Below are positions 12,451-25,737 of a DNA stretch of 64,000 bases, piece after piece. Every line of letters starts with the position of its first letter. Positions within the stretch are counted from its first letter, which is position 1. A model generated the notes under the pieces. The model saw only the letters and a program-made list of their open reading frames with translations, was not told where the DNA came from and did not search any database. The stretch is from positions 109,430,001-109,494,000 of the forward strand of contig JANJGN010000007.1 of the NCBI GenBank assembly GCA_026770705.1, given 5' to 3'. Source of the DNA: Isurus oxyrinchus. Taxonomy: Eukaryota. Both the position numbers and the translations under genes were made by a program.

Positions 12451-13824
12451 AAGGTCAATATTTGGCGTTCTGCTAGTTCTGGTAAAACATATCATTTTGC
12501 ATGGTGATTTTAACATTCCAGTATTACCTCAACTAATATGTTGCCAACTACTAACAAGAGAGAATTTTTTATTCAAATTAAGTAACCGATGTAGTTTAAC
12601 TGCTTTGCTCGAGGCAGCAACAGCCCCTGGCTTTGCATTTATCTCTGTTAATTACTAAATTCTCAATGCGCACCTAGTATTGAATAGCAGCAGTAATTGC
12701 GCATCGTATGTTTCGGTGTAATTATAGCAATTAATATTCGTAACCAACAGATATTATGTTTCACATTTCTCATTTTAAATTACATGCGCTCAGTATTGGT
12801 GCAGGTGGAAATAACTGCTCTGCTTTAAAGTGTTTAACCTGCTGTTTTTCATTTAACTTTTGTATCTTGATTCGTTTTTTTTTCTTATTCATTCACACAA
12901 AATCTTCATTACCATTAATTTGCTTAAATTCCCGACGCGACCTGCAATGTCTTGCTGCCTTACAAAGGTGGAACATTGATCGCAACGGTTGACAAATTGT
13001 GGGTTCCGCATGTTGTCCAAAATGTGACTAGAGTTCGTCCAAAGAACCTCATTTTATTCGGTATCTCAATGATTCTAAAAATTTTGTTTTGAATTGTTCT
13101 CAGTCAAGCTGTTCACAACCGCAGCTGAAGAATATGCAGGCAGAATGGGTCACCGCGGACAGTCAAGAACGTCCGGACTTCCTGCCGACGTGCACCCTGT
13201 CGATTTGAATGGGTGCCATCTGCATCAGAACTGGGCCCAACGCAACAAAAATCTGAAACCCTCCCGCTTCACCATGCCTCGAGCCACGCCTTGATTTCCC
13301 TGATCTCCCTGTCTGTCACTAGTATGTAACGCTGAGAGTAATACAGACATTACTATATTTAAGGTTCTATTTCTGCTTTCTTCCCCACATCCTCAAAATC
13401 TGACCGTAGGACCGCAATTCCTAACCTTTCGATAACGCTGGTAGCAGCATGTATCACCACTTGTGCTCACTCCCTTCACACGGCCGATTATTCTGCACCC
13501 TCTCCATTATGCCCTTTACTCCGGCAGCAGGGACAGCATCCACCATGCAGGGCTCACACTGGCGGTTGCAGAAATGCCAGTCTATCCCCCGAATATGTCA
13601 CCTCCTATAACAACTAAATTTCTAGTCTTTACGGTCCGTCCTGTGCAGTCCTTTTCAAATTGGTGCGATGGTTTCGACCGCGCTCCGACAGGTTGATGTT
13701 ACTCCCGGCGATTTCTAATGTGAGTGCCTATTTGAGAGCGGCACACACAGGGACTCCTGTACTTCCGACTCTTACTTCTCTTCTTCATGATGCTCCATTT
13801 ACTATTCTGAACTCTTTTAGACTT

Positions 13825-16520
13825 TTTTTTTATTCCTTCATAGCATGTGGGCATCACTGGCTAGCCCAGTATTTATTGCCCATCCCTAAATAGCCTTCTT
13901 GAATCGTTGCAGTCCATATATTGCAGAAATATCGGCAGTGTTGTTAGGTTGGGGAGCAGGGGGCGTCCTAGAAATCTGACGCAGCGACAGTGATGGAACG
14001 GTTTTACAGTTCCAAGTCAGGATGGTGCATGACTTAGAATGGAGAATGCCGCTGATGATGTTCCCATGCATCTGGTACCCTTGTTCTTCTTGCTGATAGA
14101 GGTCACGGGTCTGGAAGTTACTGTAAAATGAGCATTCGCGAGTTGCTGTAGTGCATATTGTAGATGTCACAGATTGATGCCTTTGTGCGTCACTGGTGGA
14201 TGGAGGAGCTGTTGAAGGTGGTGGATGCAGTACCCATTAAGCAAATGTTTTTTCCTGTGTCGTGTTGAGTTCCTAAGTGCTGTTAGAGCTGCGCTCATCC
14301 ATGTAAGTGGAGCGTATTTCTTCACGTTCTTGACTTGGGCCTTGTCGATGGTGGACAGGCATTGAGGAGTCTGGAGCTGGGTTACTCGTCACGGGATTCC
14401 TGGCCTCGGACCTGCTCTTGTAGCCACCTTATTCATATGGCTAGTTAATTCAGTTTCTGTTCAGAATCTTACTAGTAGTGTATGCTGCGATGGTAATGTG
14501 ATTGAATGTCAAGCGGCGATGAGGAGATTTTCTCTTGTTGGTGATGGTCATTGTCTGGCACTTTTCTAGCACATATGTTTCTTGCGACTTATCAGCTCAA
14601 GCTGTAATGTTGTCCAGTTCTTGCTGCTTATGGACATGGACTGCATCAGTATCTGACGAGTCACTAATGATGCTGAATATTGTACAACCATCCACGAACA
14701 TCCCTATTTCTGCCCTTAGGGTGCAGGGAATGTTCTTGATGAAACAGTTGAACATGGTTGGGCCGAGGACATTACCCTGACGAACTCCAGATCAATGTAC
14801 TGGGACTGAGATGATTTACCACCAACAACTACAACTATCTTCCTTTGTGTTAAATATGACTCCAACCAATGGAGAATTCCCCCCGATTCCCATTGTCGTT
14901 GTGTTGCAAATGCCCCAGTCATGCGCTTTACACTGATGTGCTGTGCTCCCCCATCATTAAGTATGTGGATATTTATGGAGCTTCCTGCATCTGTAAATTG
15001 CTTAATTGTCCCCACCTTTTACGACTGAATGAGGAGGTACTGAAGAGCTTAAATCTGTGCTGTTGTCTCTGGGATCGCTTAGTTCTATCACTTACTGCTT
15101 CCACTGTTTGTCATGCAAGTAGTCCTGTGCCGTAACTTCACCAGGTTGACACCTCATCTTTAGGTATGCCTGGACCTCCTACTGGTATGCCCTGCTGCAC
15201 ATTCCATTGAACCAGGGTTGATCACCTGGTTTGATGCTAATGTTAGATTTGGGTATATACCGGGCCATGATATTATAAATGGTGCTTGTATGCTGCAGCT
15301 GATGAAGACCCACAACGCCTCATGGACAGCTAGTTTTGAGTTGCAATATTTGTTCGAAATGCATTCCAATTTGCGCGGTGGTGGTGCCACATAACACAAT
15401 GCTTAGTACCCTGAATGTGAAGTCAGGACTTCATCACCACAGTAACTGCGAGGTCCTCATCTGGGATGGATAGATTGGTAAAGATTTTCCCTTTTTCCCT
15501 ATTATTCGTTCTCTCACTGCCTGCTGATGTAACATCCATTAGCACTCAGGCAGCAATGGTTCTCCCAGGCTAGGCTTGGTGATGGAAATTGAAGACCTCA
15601 ACCCAGATAGATTATGTGCCTTTGCCATTCTCAGTGCTCCTGCAAATGGTGTTCAAATTGGAGGAGCACTAATTCACAAGCCCCGGGGTTGGCTGGAGGG
15701 GAGGCGGGGGTGGGGGGGGCAGTGGTGGGGGGGGGTGTTGGTGCGCAGGTGGGGGTGGGTGTGGAGGGGGGGTGGGTGTTTGGCGGCAGTAGATGGTAAA
15801 CAGCAAGCGATTTCCTCGCCCATGTTTGGCCTGATATCTTGAGTCTTCATGGCATCAAAGCTGATGTTGAGAACTGCCAGGGCAACTCACTTCCAAGTGT
15901 ATACTTCTGTGCTGCCATTTGTGTTGGGATAGGACATACCAAGCGATGCTAGTGATGGTGTCTGGGACATTGTCTGTAAGATTTGATTCAGTGAGAATGA
16001 GAATACCAGGCTGTTGCTTGACTAATCTATGGAAGGCCTCTTCCAATTTTGGCACAAGCTCCATGTGTTACTAAGGAGGAATTTGCAGGGCCAACAACGC
16101 TGGGTATGCTGTTGTAGTTTCTGGTTCTTCGGACGGTGCTGGATGGTTCATCCCGTTTCATTCGTTTTATTATTCTTTGTAACTGTTTGATATAACTGAG
16201 TGGCGTGCTCGGCTATTTCAGAGGGCATTTGTCAAAGACTTGACCACAGTGAATGTATCTGGAGTGACGTATATGCCAGGCCACATGAGGATGGCAGGTG
16301 TCCTTCCCAAAAGTATATGATTGAACTAGGTGGGTTTTGACTGCAATTGATATTGGTTTCATGGCCGCTATTAGATTTACTCGCAATTCCATGCATTTAT
16401 TAAATTTAAATTCCACCAGCTGCTGTGATGAGATCTGAATCAGTGTCCACAAAGCCTTAGCCTGGGCTAGTTTACTAATCTTACTAGATTAGTACATTAC
16501 CACTACGCCTCCGACTCCCC
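13825..16520 (-). mobile_element. Single-ORF APE-RT LINE with tRNA-like 5' head, internally deleted, inserted into the CR1 remnant
   Basis: APE start LVPKLEEAFHRLVKQQPGILILTESNL (15855-16064); RT WLESYLTQRKIVVVVGGKSS; A-rich 3' end at 13825; head ggaggcgtagtggtaatg near 16495-16512. Confidence 0.85.
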
Positions 16521-18510
16521 TTTTACCCACATTGTGGAACGTACCGTATAGGAAACATTCATTCCCTGGTGCTCCGCAGTGACCCCAGCTCCGCGTCAAC
16601 CACAGAACTCCTGAGTTGGATCTGGAGCAGCTGGAGTCCTGAAGTTCCCACGTTGCGCAAAATTCCAAACAACAGTATTCAGATGTCCATACATGATCTA
16701 AGGCGCCATCTCTTCCTTCTTTTGCAATCTAGTCAATACCTTGTTTAAACTATTCATTTTCATTAATTCCTCTAGACCTGGTCTGTTTGTGCACTCTCAT
16801 TAATTAACTTACTGCTGTATGCACCCCGATTGAAGGTTTAATTCCCCAGCTGCGAATTTGAAAAATCGACGAGTTTAGAAGGAGGGAATAAAGCCTCCAA
16901 CCAATCACTGATCTCCTGTGACGTCACGTTTTTAGTTTATTTCTAACGCTCCTCTGCCTCCGTTCTTCTCCCTGTGCCCCCCGGCTCGGTGCTGCTGCCG
17001 CTGTTCCTTTCTCTTCTGGTTGGTGTAGCTGTGCTTTCAAACCATGTTGCAATTGTTCGTTTCCCAAAATGTTATTTAATGAAATAAATTTATTGCGCAT
17101 TGTGTTTGGATCTATCCTAGAATTTCAACTACAATACTGTTGGTTTTGGATCTCATTGGAATCAAAGTTTCGAAATTTCATGATGTTATCTAAATGTATG
17201 ACCATGAATGAAACGTTCTCTTTTTTTTTCATTCTTCACAGATCCGTCTTGACTTGATGAATATTTCCAGCATATTCAATTTTAATTTTAGATTTCAAGC
17301 ATCTCCAATACCATGCATTTATTATGCAGGCCTCAATGTCTACATTATGGCTTAAATTCTTCATTGTCTTCTTTTGCAGCAGAGGCTTTACGTGCACAGA
17401 AGGCGAATCAGTACGCCTGATTAAACAGCGACAGAAGTTTTCGACAGCAACGCCTCATCCTTTTGCAAAGACACATTGCCCGCTTTCAAACATCGCCGGT
17501 TTTGTAGGCTGATCACATTTACATGCAATGAAATTGATCAGTTCGAGCTTTGAGAGTCCCATTAAATAAAAACAGCACGATAATATGCCAGATCATCATT
17601 GAGTCAGCAAGCTCTTAGCCCATTCAAACATAACTGCTAAACATAGATTGTTTATAGCATAGTGACAGATCTCCCCATGACGAGGTCCAAATCTACTGCG
17701 GTGAAATGGTATGCCTTTTAGCTTCATTGTAACAGCCTGTGAAATGTCATTACCCCATCACCACATTTGAAATACCACGTGTTATTGCGTAACAAAAACC
17801 TTTACCTTTGCAGTACTATCTAATTATGTCATGGTCAAGGGAATGCTGGCTTCTCAGCAAAGCTGCACACGTTTGTAAGAATGTATCGGTGGTGTTGAAC
17901 ATGGTAAATCAGAATGAACGATCCCTTTTAGATCTCCCTGTTGTCTTCATGTCTCAATTTCTCGAAGTCTTTTTTTTCTCTGCATTTGTTTCTATTTCTC
18001 TTCCCTGGTTTCCTCTTCAGAAATCTTCTCATTGCGTCTCTCACACGCACAAAGATACACATTCTAAATTCTCCAAGTCTACGTCATCAAACACTCGTGT
18101 CGCCTGTTTCCTTGTATTTTGTCTCTTTTGGTATTTTCCTTCAAATATTCGGTGGGGTGACACATTATTGTGGGAGGGTAGCTGCTGACTGAAATTTCAG
18201 ATAGGCATTAGATTGTACAGGAAAGAAAGGTCCTGTCCCTCTGTCTGTCAGCTCGTATGCATGTGTCTCTGCATTTCTGTGCTTCTGAGTTATGTCTGAT
18301 ATTCCAGCATTTTATTTTCGAACTGTCAAACGAACAATGGTGAGGCGCCCAGAGACTGTTTATTTGTTTCAACATCCAACTGGTTTCGAAACAAACACAA
18401 AACATAAGACGAATCTCGATCGGTTCAACGTGATTTCAGGAGCTTTTAGAATAGACTGTTAAAATTTCAACCGATGTCTAATCAGCGTATTCTCAATTGT
18501 CTGTACGTCT

Positions 18511-18642
18511 NNNNNNNNNNNNNNNNNNNNNNNNNNNNNNNNNNNNNNNNNNNNNNNNNNNNNNNNNNNNNNNNNNNNNNNNNNNNNNNNNNNNNNNNNN
18601 NNNNNNNNNNNNNNNNNNNNNNNNNNNNNNNNNNNNNNNNNN
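18511..18642. other. Assembly gap (132 N)
   Basis: Run of N in the sequence. Confidence 0.99.
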
Positions 18643-19257
18643 NTTTCTACCTCGCACACTGACAAGAGCACACGCTGTAATAAAATAAACAACCAGAGTA
18701 ACGTTGCCTGACTAAAGCTCTTCTTATTTATTCCCTAGAAAGGAAAGGATAGCCGTCCTGTGGTGTAAGCTTATACTCATTTGGAGAAGGGCTGTCATGG
18801 AGTTCAACAATTAGGACGGACAAGTGGATGTTTATCATTACTTATCATCCTACATCTTTATGTCAGTATCTTCCCAGAATGTAATTCAATTGCAGACAAA
18901 ACCTAATCTCTTTCTCGTGGCCCTACCGCTGCGAATTTGAACTTTCTGTCTGTCGGACACAGTGATTCTGAATGTGAGGGACTGAAACTCGATAAGCAGC
19001 ACCATTGATCCAAACTGAATAAATTGCATTTATGAGCCCGCAAGGATACCATTGTTGAAAGTTATACTGGGGCCTTGCATGAACGAATATATATTTTCTT
19101 TACAAACAATCAAGGTGAAAGCTTATGCAATTTAATTTCATGCAACTGCTACCAGGTGTAGTTATTTGGTGCTATGAGATGGCCTGTGCCATGCCTTTGC
19201 AGGTTTTTGACTTTCCAGAGATTGAAAATGCAATCGAAGTCAGATATTGAGGCATTA

Positions 19258-19312
19258 ATGTTGGTGTTGCTAATGGCCTTGCTTTCTCTGATCTGTTTTC
19301 AGGCTGACGCTG
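19258..19312 (+). pseudogene. Candidate signal-peptide (leader) exon remnant MLVLLMALLSLICFQADA(G)
   Basis: Hydrophobic 18-aa ORF ending A-D-A with a weak phase-1 GT; paralogue at 7729 reads MLVLPLALL with several synonymous codon differences. Confidence 0.35.
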
Positions 19313-19980
19313 GTACACATTGGGAGATACTTGTAAAGTAAAGCGAGCAGAAAACACGAATTCGCTTGTTTGATTACGTCATTGCGTTTTATACGTGCTA
19401 AAAGCAGCAATACGCCGCAGACAAGGTAGCTGGGCGAAAACAGAAGTTAGAGGCCAGATCGTGCGTTCGCTGCTTGAATACGTTCGCAAATAGGCTCCCC
19501 ACCGCCGATTGGGTGGGATGAACCAGGGTTCTGCCTTATCACATGATATGCATTCCTCTTCCTCCCTATTCTACACGGCAAAGCGACTGATTTTAGACTC
19601 CAAATATTTTCAAAAACAGAAATGTTCCCAACATTCGCAATACTAAATGCTCAAAAATCTCTCGTTTTGTTACAATAATTTGTAATCACTTACAGTAAGT
19701 AATCCTCTCAAATCAAGCTTCTGTAATAAATTGCGACGCAGACTTATTTCAATTCCCATCTCTGCTATAATCACACAGAGAATCTGATGAGGTCCTTGCA
19801 CGTCTGGCGGCAATCCAAGAGCCTCAAACTACATGCTGCAATGCACGTACACCCTCAGAGCCGTTGTCATTACTACAGCTGTACCTGAGGATGCGGGCCC
19901 TTCGCGGACGGAAACCAGCTAAATGGAGTCATTGACTGACGTAGCTGTGTCGCTTTTGGCAGGAAGTGCTGAAGCCCCTG

Positions 19981-21333
19981 TGATAAAAGCAAAAATTGAG
20001 AATGTTGGAACTCTGAAAGAAAAACAGAAAACGATGCGAAGACTCAGCTGGTTTAGCCGTATCTGTGGAGAGAGAAACAGAGTTAACGTTCCGAGTACAT
20101 ATGGCCCTTCTACAGACCTAAAGAGATCTGGGAATGTGATGGGTTTTATATTGTTTCAAGGCGGGAGGGGTGGAATAGGTGGAGCAAGATTGAAGCTCAG
20201 GGATAGGTGACAGCAAAGGAGAGGCTGTCAAAAATGTCACGGGCACGAGAGAAAGTGTTAATGGTAGTGGTTAGGAGTAAAGAAGCTGCTGATAGTGGCA
20301 TAAAGGTATGGTAGCAGATGTTGATAGCAACACAACGGTCAGTGCTCTGTGAAAACACAACATGGAAACAAATGAGATATAGCCCTATTGGGCAAAGGGA
20401 TTTAGGGGGGTAAAGATTTTTTTAAATGAACAAATAAAAGAATAGAATAACATTTAAAAAATAAAACCAAATAAATATAAATACATGATTAAAATTTGCG
20501 TTAAAAAAGTGGTCATGATGGAGGAGAGAGTTCAGGGTCCGAAGCTGTTGAACTCAATGTTAGTTCTGGAAGGCTGTAAAGCGCATAATTGGAAGATGAG
20601 GTGCTGTTCGTCCAGTTTCTGTTTGGCTTCACTGGAACATTGCAGCAGGCCCAGGGCGGACATGCGAGCATGATAACAAGATCGTGTGTTGACATAGCAA
20701 GCAACAGGAAGGTCTGGTTTATGCTTGCAGACTGGGTGTATGTGTTCCACAAAGCAGCCAGCCAGTCTGCATCCAAACTGGAGGATAGAGTATTGGGAGC
20801 AGCGAATGCAGTGGACCAAAATGAAGGAGCTGCAAGTCAAGTATTTAGGGCCTTGGACAGTGAGGAGGAAAGAGGTAAAAGGTCACGTGTTGCATCTTTT
20901 GCGATTGCTTGGAAGGTGCAGTGGGAAAGTATGAGGAGTTGGGGGCGATGGAGGATTGGATCAGTGTGCCCCAGAGGGAATGACCCATATGGAATGCTGC
21001 CGAGGGGAAGATCTGTTTGGTGGTGGCATCATGCTGGAGTTGGCAGAAATGGTGGGAGATGATCATTTGAAGTCGAAGGCTGATGGGGTGAAAAATGAGG
21101 GCAAGGGTTTTGGGAAGGACGCCATGGGGGGGGGGGGGGGGGGGGGCTGCTGGGGTGCGCGGAATGGGTTGGTCACTGTTTAGGGCACTGTGAATCACTG
21201 TTTGTGGCCAGGGTGGCAGGTTGTGGGGATCTCGGTTAAGGAAAGCAGAAGGCATATCAGAAGATTCACTTTGGAAGGTGCCATCATTGGAACAAATGGG
21301 GTAGAGGTGGATTAACTTAGAGAACAGGATAGT
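19981..21333 (-). mobile_element. PLE, left (inverted) arm of an older inverted dimer
   Basis: HCIRCSQYSIL..EAKQKLDEQHLIFQL..NIEFNSF GIY-YIG region; tail shares ttgtgttttcacagagcactg with 25320-25843. Confidence 0.9.
20081..20119 (-). ncRNA. Degenerate hammerhead motif in PLE tail
   Basis: Minus strand: aggt CTGTAGA a gggcc atat gtactc GGAAC GTT aact. Confidence 0.45.
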
Positions 21334-21999
21334 CAGGAGTGCTCCCCGCTTTCAACAAATCCTTTCACCCGCCACTGGCATTTTTCCTCTATCTGGCCTC
21401 TTAACTGCTCTTGATCTTTTCATTGAGCGTTGTCGATGTTTCATTGACAATCTTAATTTCTCTGCTTGACCCACCTACTCTAACCTGTCTCTTTCTGAGC
21501 TTGCTGCACTCCGTTCCCTCAGTTCCAAATCTGGCTTTGTTATTAAACCTGCTTACAAGGGTGGTGCTGCTGTTGTCTGGCGAGTAACCTATACCTCTCA
21601 AAGGCTGAACGTCAACTGTCAGACTCTTCTTCCTACCTCCTCCTGGACCACGACCCCACCACTGAACATAAAGCTTTTGTTCCCAGCGCTGTCACTAGCC
21701 TCAGCTCCTCTAGAGATCTTCCCTCTACAGCTCAGAGCCTCCCAAATCCACACAGCCCGCTTCTACCTCCTTCCCACAATCCAAAAGCAGTAGTGTCCCT
21801 GTAGACCCTTCATGTCAGCCTGTTTCTATCTTGACTGCATTCTCTCTGTCCTTGCCCAATGTCTTCCCACCTACATTCGTGATTCTTCTGATGCCCTACG
21901 GCATATCAGCAATTTCCCGCTTCCTGGACTTGACCATCTCCTCTTCACAATAGATGGCCAATTCTTTGCACCTCCATTCCCCACCAGGATGGCATGAGG

Positions 22000-23188
22000 T
22001 AAAAACAAAAAAACTGCAGATGCTGGAAATCCAAAACAAAAACAGAATTACCTGGAAAAACTCAGCAGGTCTGGCAACATCGGCGGAGAAGAAAAGAGTT
22101 GACATTTCGAGTCCTCATGACCTTTCGACAGAACTTGAGTTCGAGTCCAAGAAAGAGTTGAAATATAAGCTGGTTTAAGGTGTGTGTTGGGGGGGTGGGG
22201 GGCGGAGAGAGAGAGAGAGAAGTGGAGGGGGGGTGTGGTTGAAGGGACAAGCAAGAAGTGATAGAAGCAGATCATCAAAAGATGTCAACAACAATAGAAC
22301 AAAAGAACACATAGGTGTTAAAGTTGGTGATATTATCTAAACGAATGTGCTAATTAAGAATGGATGATAGGCACTCAAGGTACAGCTCTAGTGGGGGTGG
22401 GGAGAGCATAAAAGATTTTAAGATATTTAAAAATAATGGAAATAGGTGGGAAAAGAAAAATCTATACAATTTATTGGAAAAAAAAGAAGGGGGAAATAGA
22501 AAGGGGGTGGGGATGGATGGGGGAGGTCAAGACCTAAAGTTGTTGAATTCAATATTCAGTCCGGAAGGCTGTAAAGTGCCTAATCAGAAGATGAGGTGTT
22601 GTTCCTCCAGTTTGCGTTGGGCTTCACTGAAACAATGCAGCAAGCCAAGGACAGACATGTGGGCAAGAGAGCAGGGTGGAGTGTTAAAATGGCAAGCGAC
22701 AGGAAGGTTTGGGTCATTCTTGCGGACAGACTGCAGGTGTTCTGCAAAGCGGTCGCCCAGTTTACATTTGGTCTCTCCAATGTAGGGGAGACCACTTTGG
22801 GAGCAACAAATGCAGTAGATTAAGTTGGGGGAAATGCAAGTGAAATGCTGCTTCACTTGAAAGGAGTGTTTGGGCCCTTGGACGGTGAGGAGAGAGGAAG
22901 TAAAGGGGCAGCTGTTGCATCTTTTGCGTGGGCATGGGGTGGTCCCATAGGAGGGGGTTGAGGAGTAGGGGGTGATGGAGGAGTGGACCAGGGTGTCCCG
23001 GATGGACCAATCCCTACGGAATACCGATAGGGGGGGTGAAGGGAAGATGTGTTTGGTGGTGGCATCGTGCTGGAGTTGGCAGAAATGGTGGAGGATGATC
23101 CTTTGAATGCGGAGGCTGGTGTGGTGATAAGTGAGGACAAGGGGGACCCTATCATGTTTCTGGGAAGGAGGAGAAGGCGTGAGAGCGG
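22000..23188 (-). mobile_element. Young 5'-truncated PLE (GIY-YIG plus tail) nested in the older PLE
   Basis: ORF 22584-23237 has LIYCICCSQSGLPYIGETKCKLGDRFAEH; highly similar to 26921-28075; atgagg repeated at 21994-21999 and 23189-23194. Confidence 0.93.
22096..22136 (-). ncRNA. Minimal hammerhead motif, CUGUCGA variant
   Basis: Minus strand: aagtt CTGTCGA aaggtc atga ggactc GAAAT GTC aactc. Confidence 0.6.
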
Positions 23189-23274
23189 ATGAGGCCTCTC
23201 CACTTCTTCTTTGAACACAGGCCCGAATAATGCCCATTTACCGCAACTCTCCTCTGCTTGGCTGAACTTAAATA

Positions 23275-24545
23275 TTGATAGGCTTGTGGCAGCACAGAAA
23301 GAGGCCATTCGGCCTATCATGTCCGTGTCGTTCAACAAAGACCTGACTACACTACAAAAATCTCATTTTCCAGGGTGTCAACCATCCTTTCAGTCAGTGA
23401 GTTTCAGACTCCCACCACCCTCTGTGTGAAAAGATTTTCTCCTCAACTCCCCTCTTACCTTAAATCTATGCCCCTTGGTTATTTACCCCTCTTCTCATAG
23501 AAACAGTTCCTTCCTATCCACCCTATCTGTGCCCCTCATAACCTTATACACCTCCATCAGGTCCCCACTCAACCTCCATTGCTCCAAGGAAAACAACCCT
23601 GGCCTATCCATAGCTCAGACCCTGCAGTCCAGGCAACATCCCTATAAATCTCCTCTGCACCCTATCCACTGCAATCACATCTGTCCTTTAATACGGTGAC
23701 CATAATTGCAAGCAATACACCAGTTGTGGCCTAACCAGTGTTTTAAACACTTCCAGCATAACAGCCCTGCTCTTGTCTTATATGCCTCTGTAATGAAGGC
23801 AAGTATCCCATTTGCCTTCTTCACCATCTTATCAACTGCCCTACTGCCTTCAGGGATCTATGGATATGCACACCAAGGCCCCTCTGACCTTCAGCACTTT
23901 TCAAAGTCCTACCATTCATAGTTTAATCCCTTACCTTGTTAGCCCTCCCTAAGTGCATTACCTCACACTTTTCAGAGTAGAATTCCATTTGTCACTGCTC
24001 TCCTCAGCTGAGGAGTCCATTGATATTCTCGTGCAGTTTATGGCTATCCTGCTCACTATTTACCACCCTAATGATATTCGTGTCATCCGCAAACTTATGA
24101 TCATACCCCCTAGATTTAAATGAATTTACTTACTTACACTACAACACAAGGGCCGCAGCAGCAAGCCCCGCGGGACACCACTTGAAACAAGCTTCCAGTC
24201 ACAGAAACATCCCTCGGCCATCACCCTCTGCTCTCTGCCTCTCAGCCAATTTTGAATCCAATATGCCACTTTGCCTTGAATTCCATGGGCCCTTACTTTC
24301 TTGACCAGCCTGCCCTGAGGGGCCTCATCAAAAGCCTTGCTAAAGTAATTGTAGACCACGTCCAGTTATTACCTCATCAACACTGCTGGTTACCGCCTCA
24401 AAAAATTGGATCAAATTTGTCAAACGCTACCTTCCCTGAACAAATTCATGCTGGCTATCCCTGAGCAATCAGTGTCACTCCAAATGCAGATATATTCCGT
24501 TCTGTAGAATTCTTTTTAGTCGCTTCCCCAGCACTGAGGTTAGAA
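23275..24545 (-). mobile_element. CR1 LINE 3' part
   Basis: FSKAFDEAPQGRLVKKVRAHGIQGKVAYWIQNWL..VSSGVPRG (24126-24359). Confidence 0.9.
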
Positions 24546-25737
24546 TGACTAACTCGACTACAGCTCTTCATACCTTGTTTCCTGCAAGACTCCATCTCAT
24601 TCTCTCAGTTCCTCCGCCTCCGTCGCATCTCTTCGGTTGATGCCACCTTCTAAAACAGCGCTTCTGACGCAACTTCCATTTTCCTTAACCGAAATTTCCC
24701 CCTTCCATCATTGCCATTTACAGGGCCCTCGCCCCTTTCCTCCTTCCCATTCAAAGGATCATTTTCCATTTCCACCAACTCCATTATGATGGTATCACCA
24801 AACAAATGTTCCTCTCCCTACCACCACCACCCGCCCCTTACCCCCTCCCCGCCACATCGCCAACATTTCGTCGGGATCGTTCCCTCCATGAGACCCTGGT
24901 CCACTAATCCATCACCCCAAATCCTCATATCCTTCCCACGACACCTGCCACTTCATCTCCTCTCTCTTCACCGTCCAAGACCCCAAGCACTCCTTTCAGG
25001 GTACACTTGCACCTCCTTGAATTTGGTCTTCTGTATTCACTGCTCCCAATGTGGTCTCCTCTACAATGGTAAGACTAAATGCAAACTGGGTGACCGCTTG
25101 TGGAACACCTTCACCCGGTTCACAAGCATGACCCAGGCATTCCTCTTGCTTGCCATTTCAACACACCATCCTGCTCTCATGCTCACATGTCTGTCCTTCA
25201 TCTGCTGCAATGTTCCAGTGAAGCCCAACGCAAACTAAAGGAACAACACGTTATCTTCCAATTAGGCCCTTTACAGCCTTCCGGACATAACATTGAGTTC
25301 AACAACATCAGACCATGAACACTCTCCTCCGTCATGGCTCCCTTTTTAACCCAAATTTTGTTTCTTCATTTATTTATTTTTATGTTTTATGTTAGTTTAT
25401 TTTAGAATGTATTCGTTCATTTTTTTAATCCTTTCCCCCAAACCTCCTTCCCCAAACCTCCTTTCCCAACAGGACCACCTGTCATTTAATTCTATCTTGT
25501 GTTTTCACAGAGCACTGGCCCTTGTACTGCTTTCAACAGCTGCTATCTTACCTTTATGCCGTTATCAGAACTTTCTTTACTCTTTACCACTACCACCAAC
25601 AATCGTTTTCTCTTGTTTTCATGACATATTTGTCAATCTCTCCTTAATTATCTCTTATCATTGACGTTCAATCTTGTTCTACCTGCCCCATTCCCCCTTA
25701 AACAGTAAAAAAATGCACCACATTTCTAACTCTCTTT

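Larger units (their letters stand above)
12530..19700. repeat. Segmental paralogue unit 2 (continues at 31020-31850)
   Basis: 12540-12900 matches 54448-54810; 13320-13820 plus 16520-16960 is the shared CR1 5' remnant; 17040-19440 matches units 1 and 3; 19440-19700 matches 62940-63190. Confidence 0.85.

Noticed and set aside
15683-15790. G-quadruplex-like G-rich tract and other poly-G/C runs (3613, 21125, 32853, 39779)
   Set aside because: Low-complexity expansions inside TEs; no evidence of function.
17762-17800. RSS-like cacattt, 23-bp spacer, acaaaaacc
   Set aside because: Poor heptamer, no V-like ORF upstream, and the nonamer sits at a unit-2-specific deletion junction absent from the paralogues.
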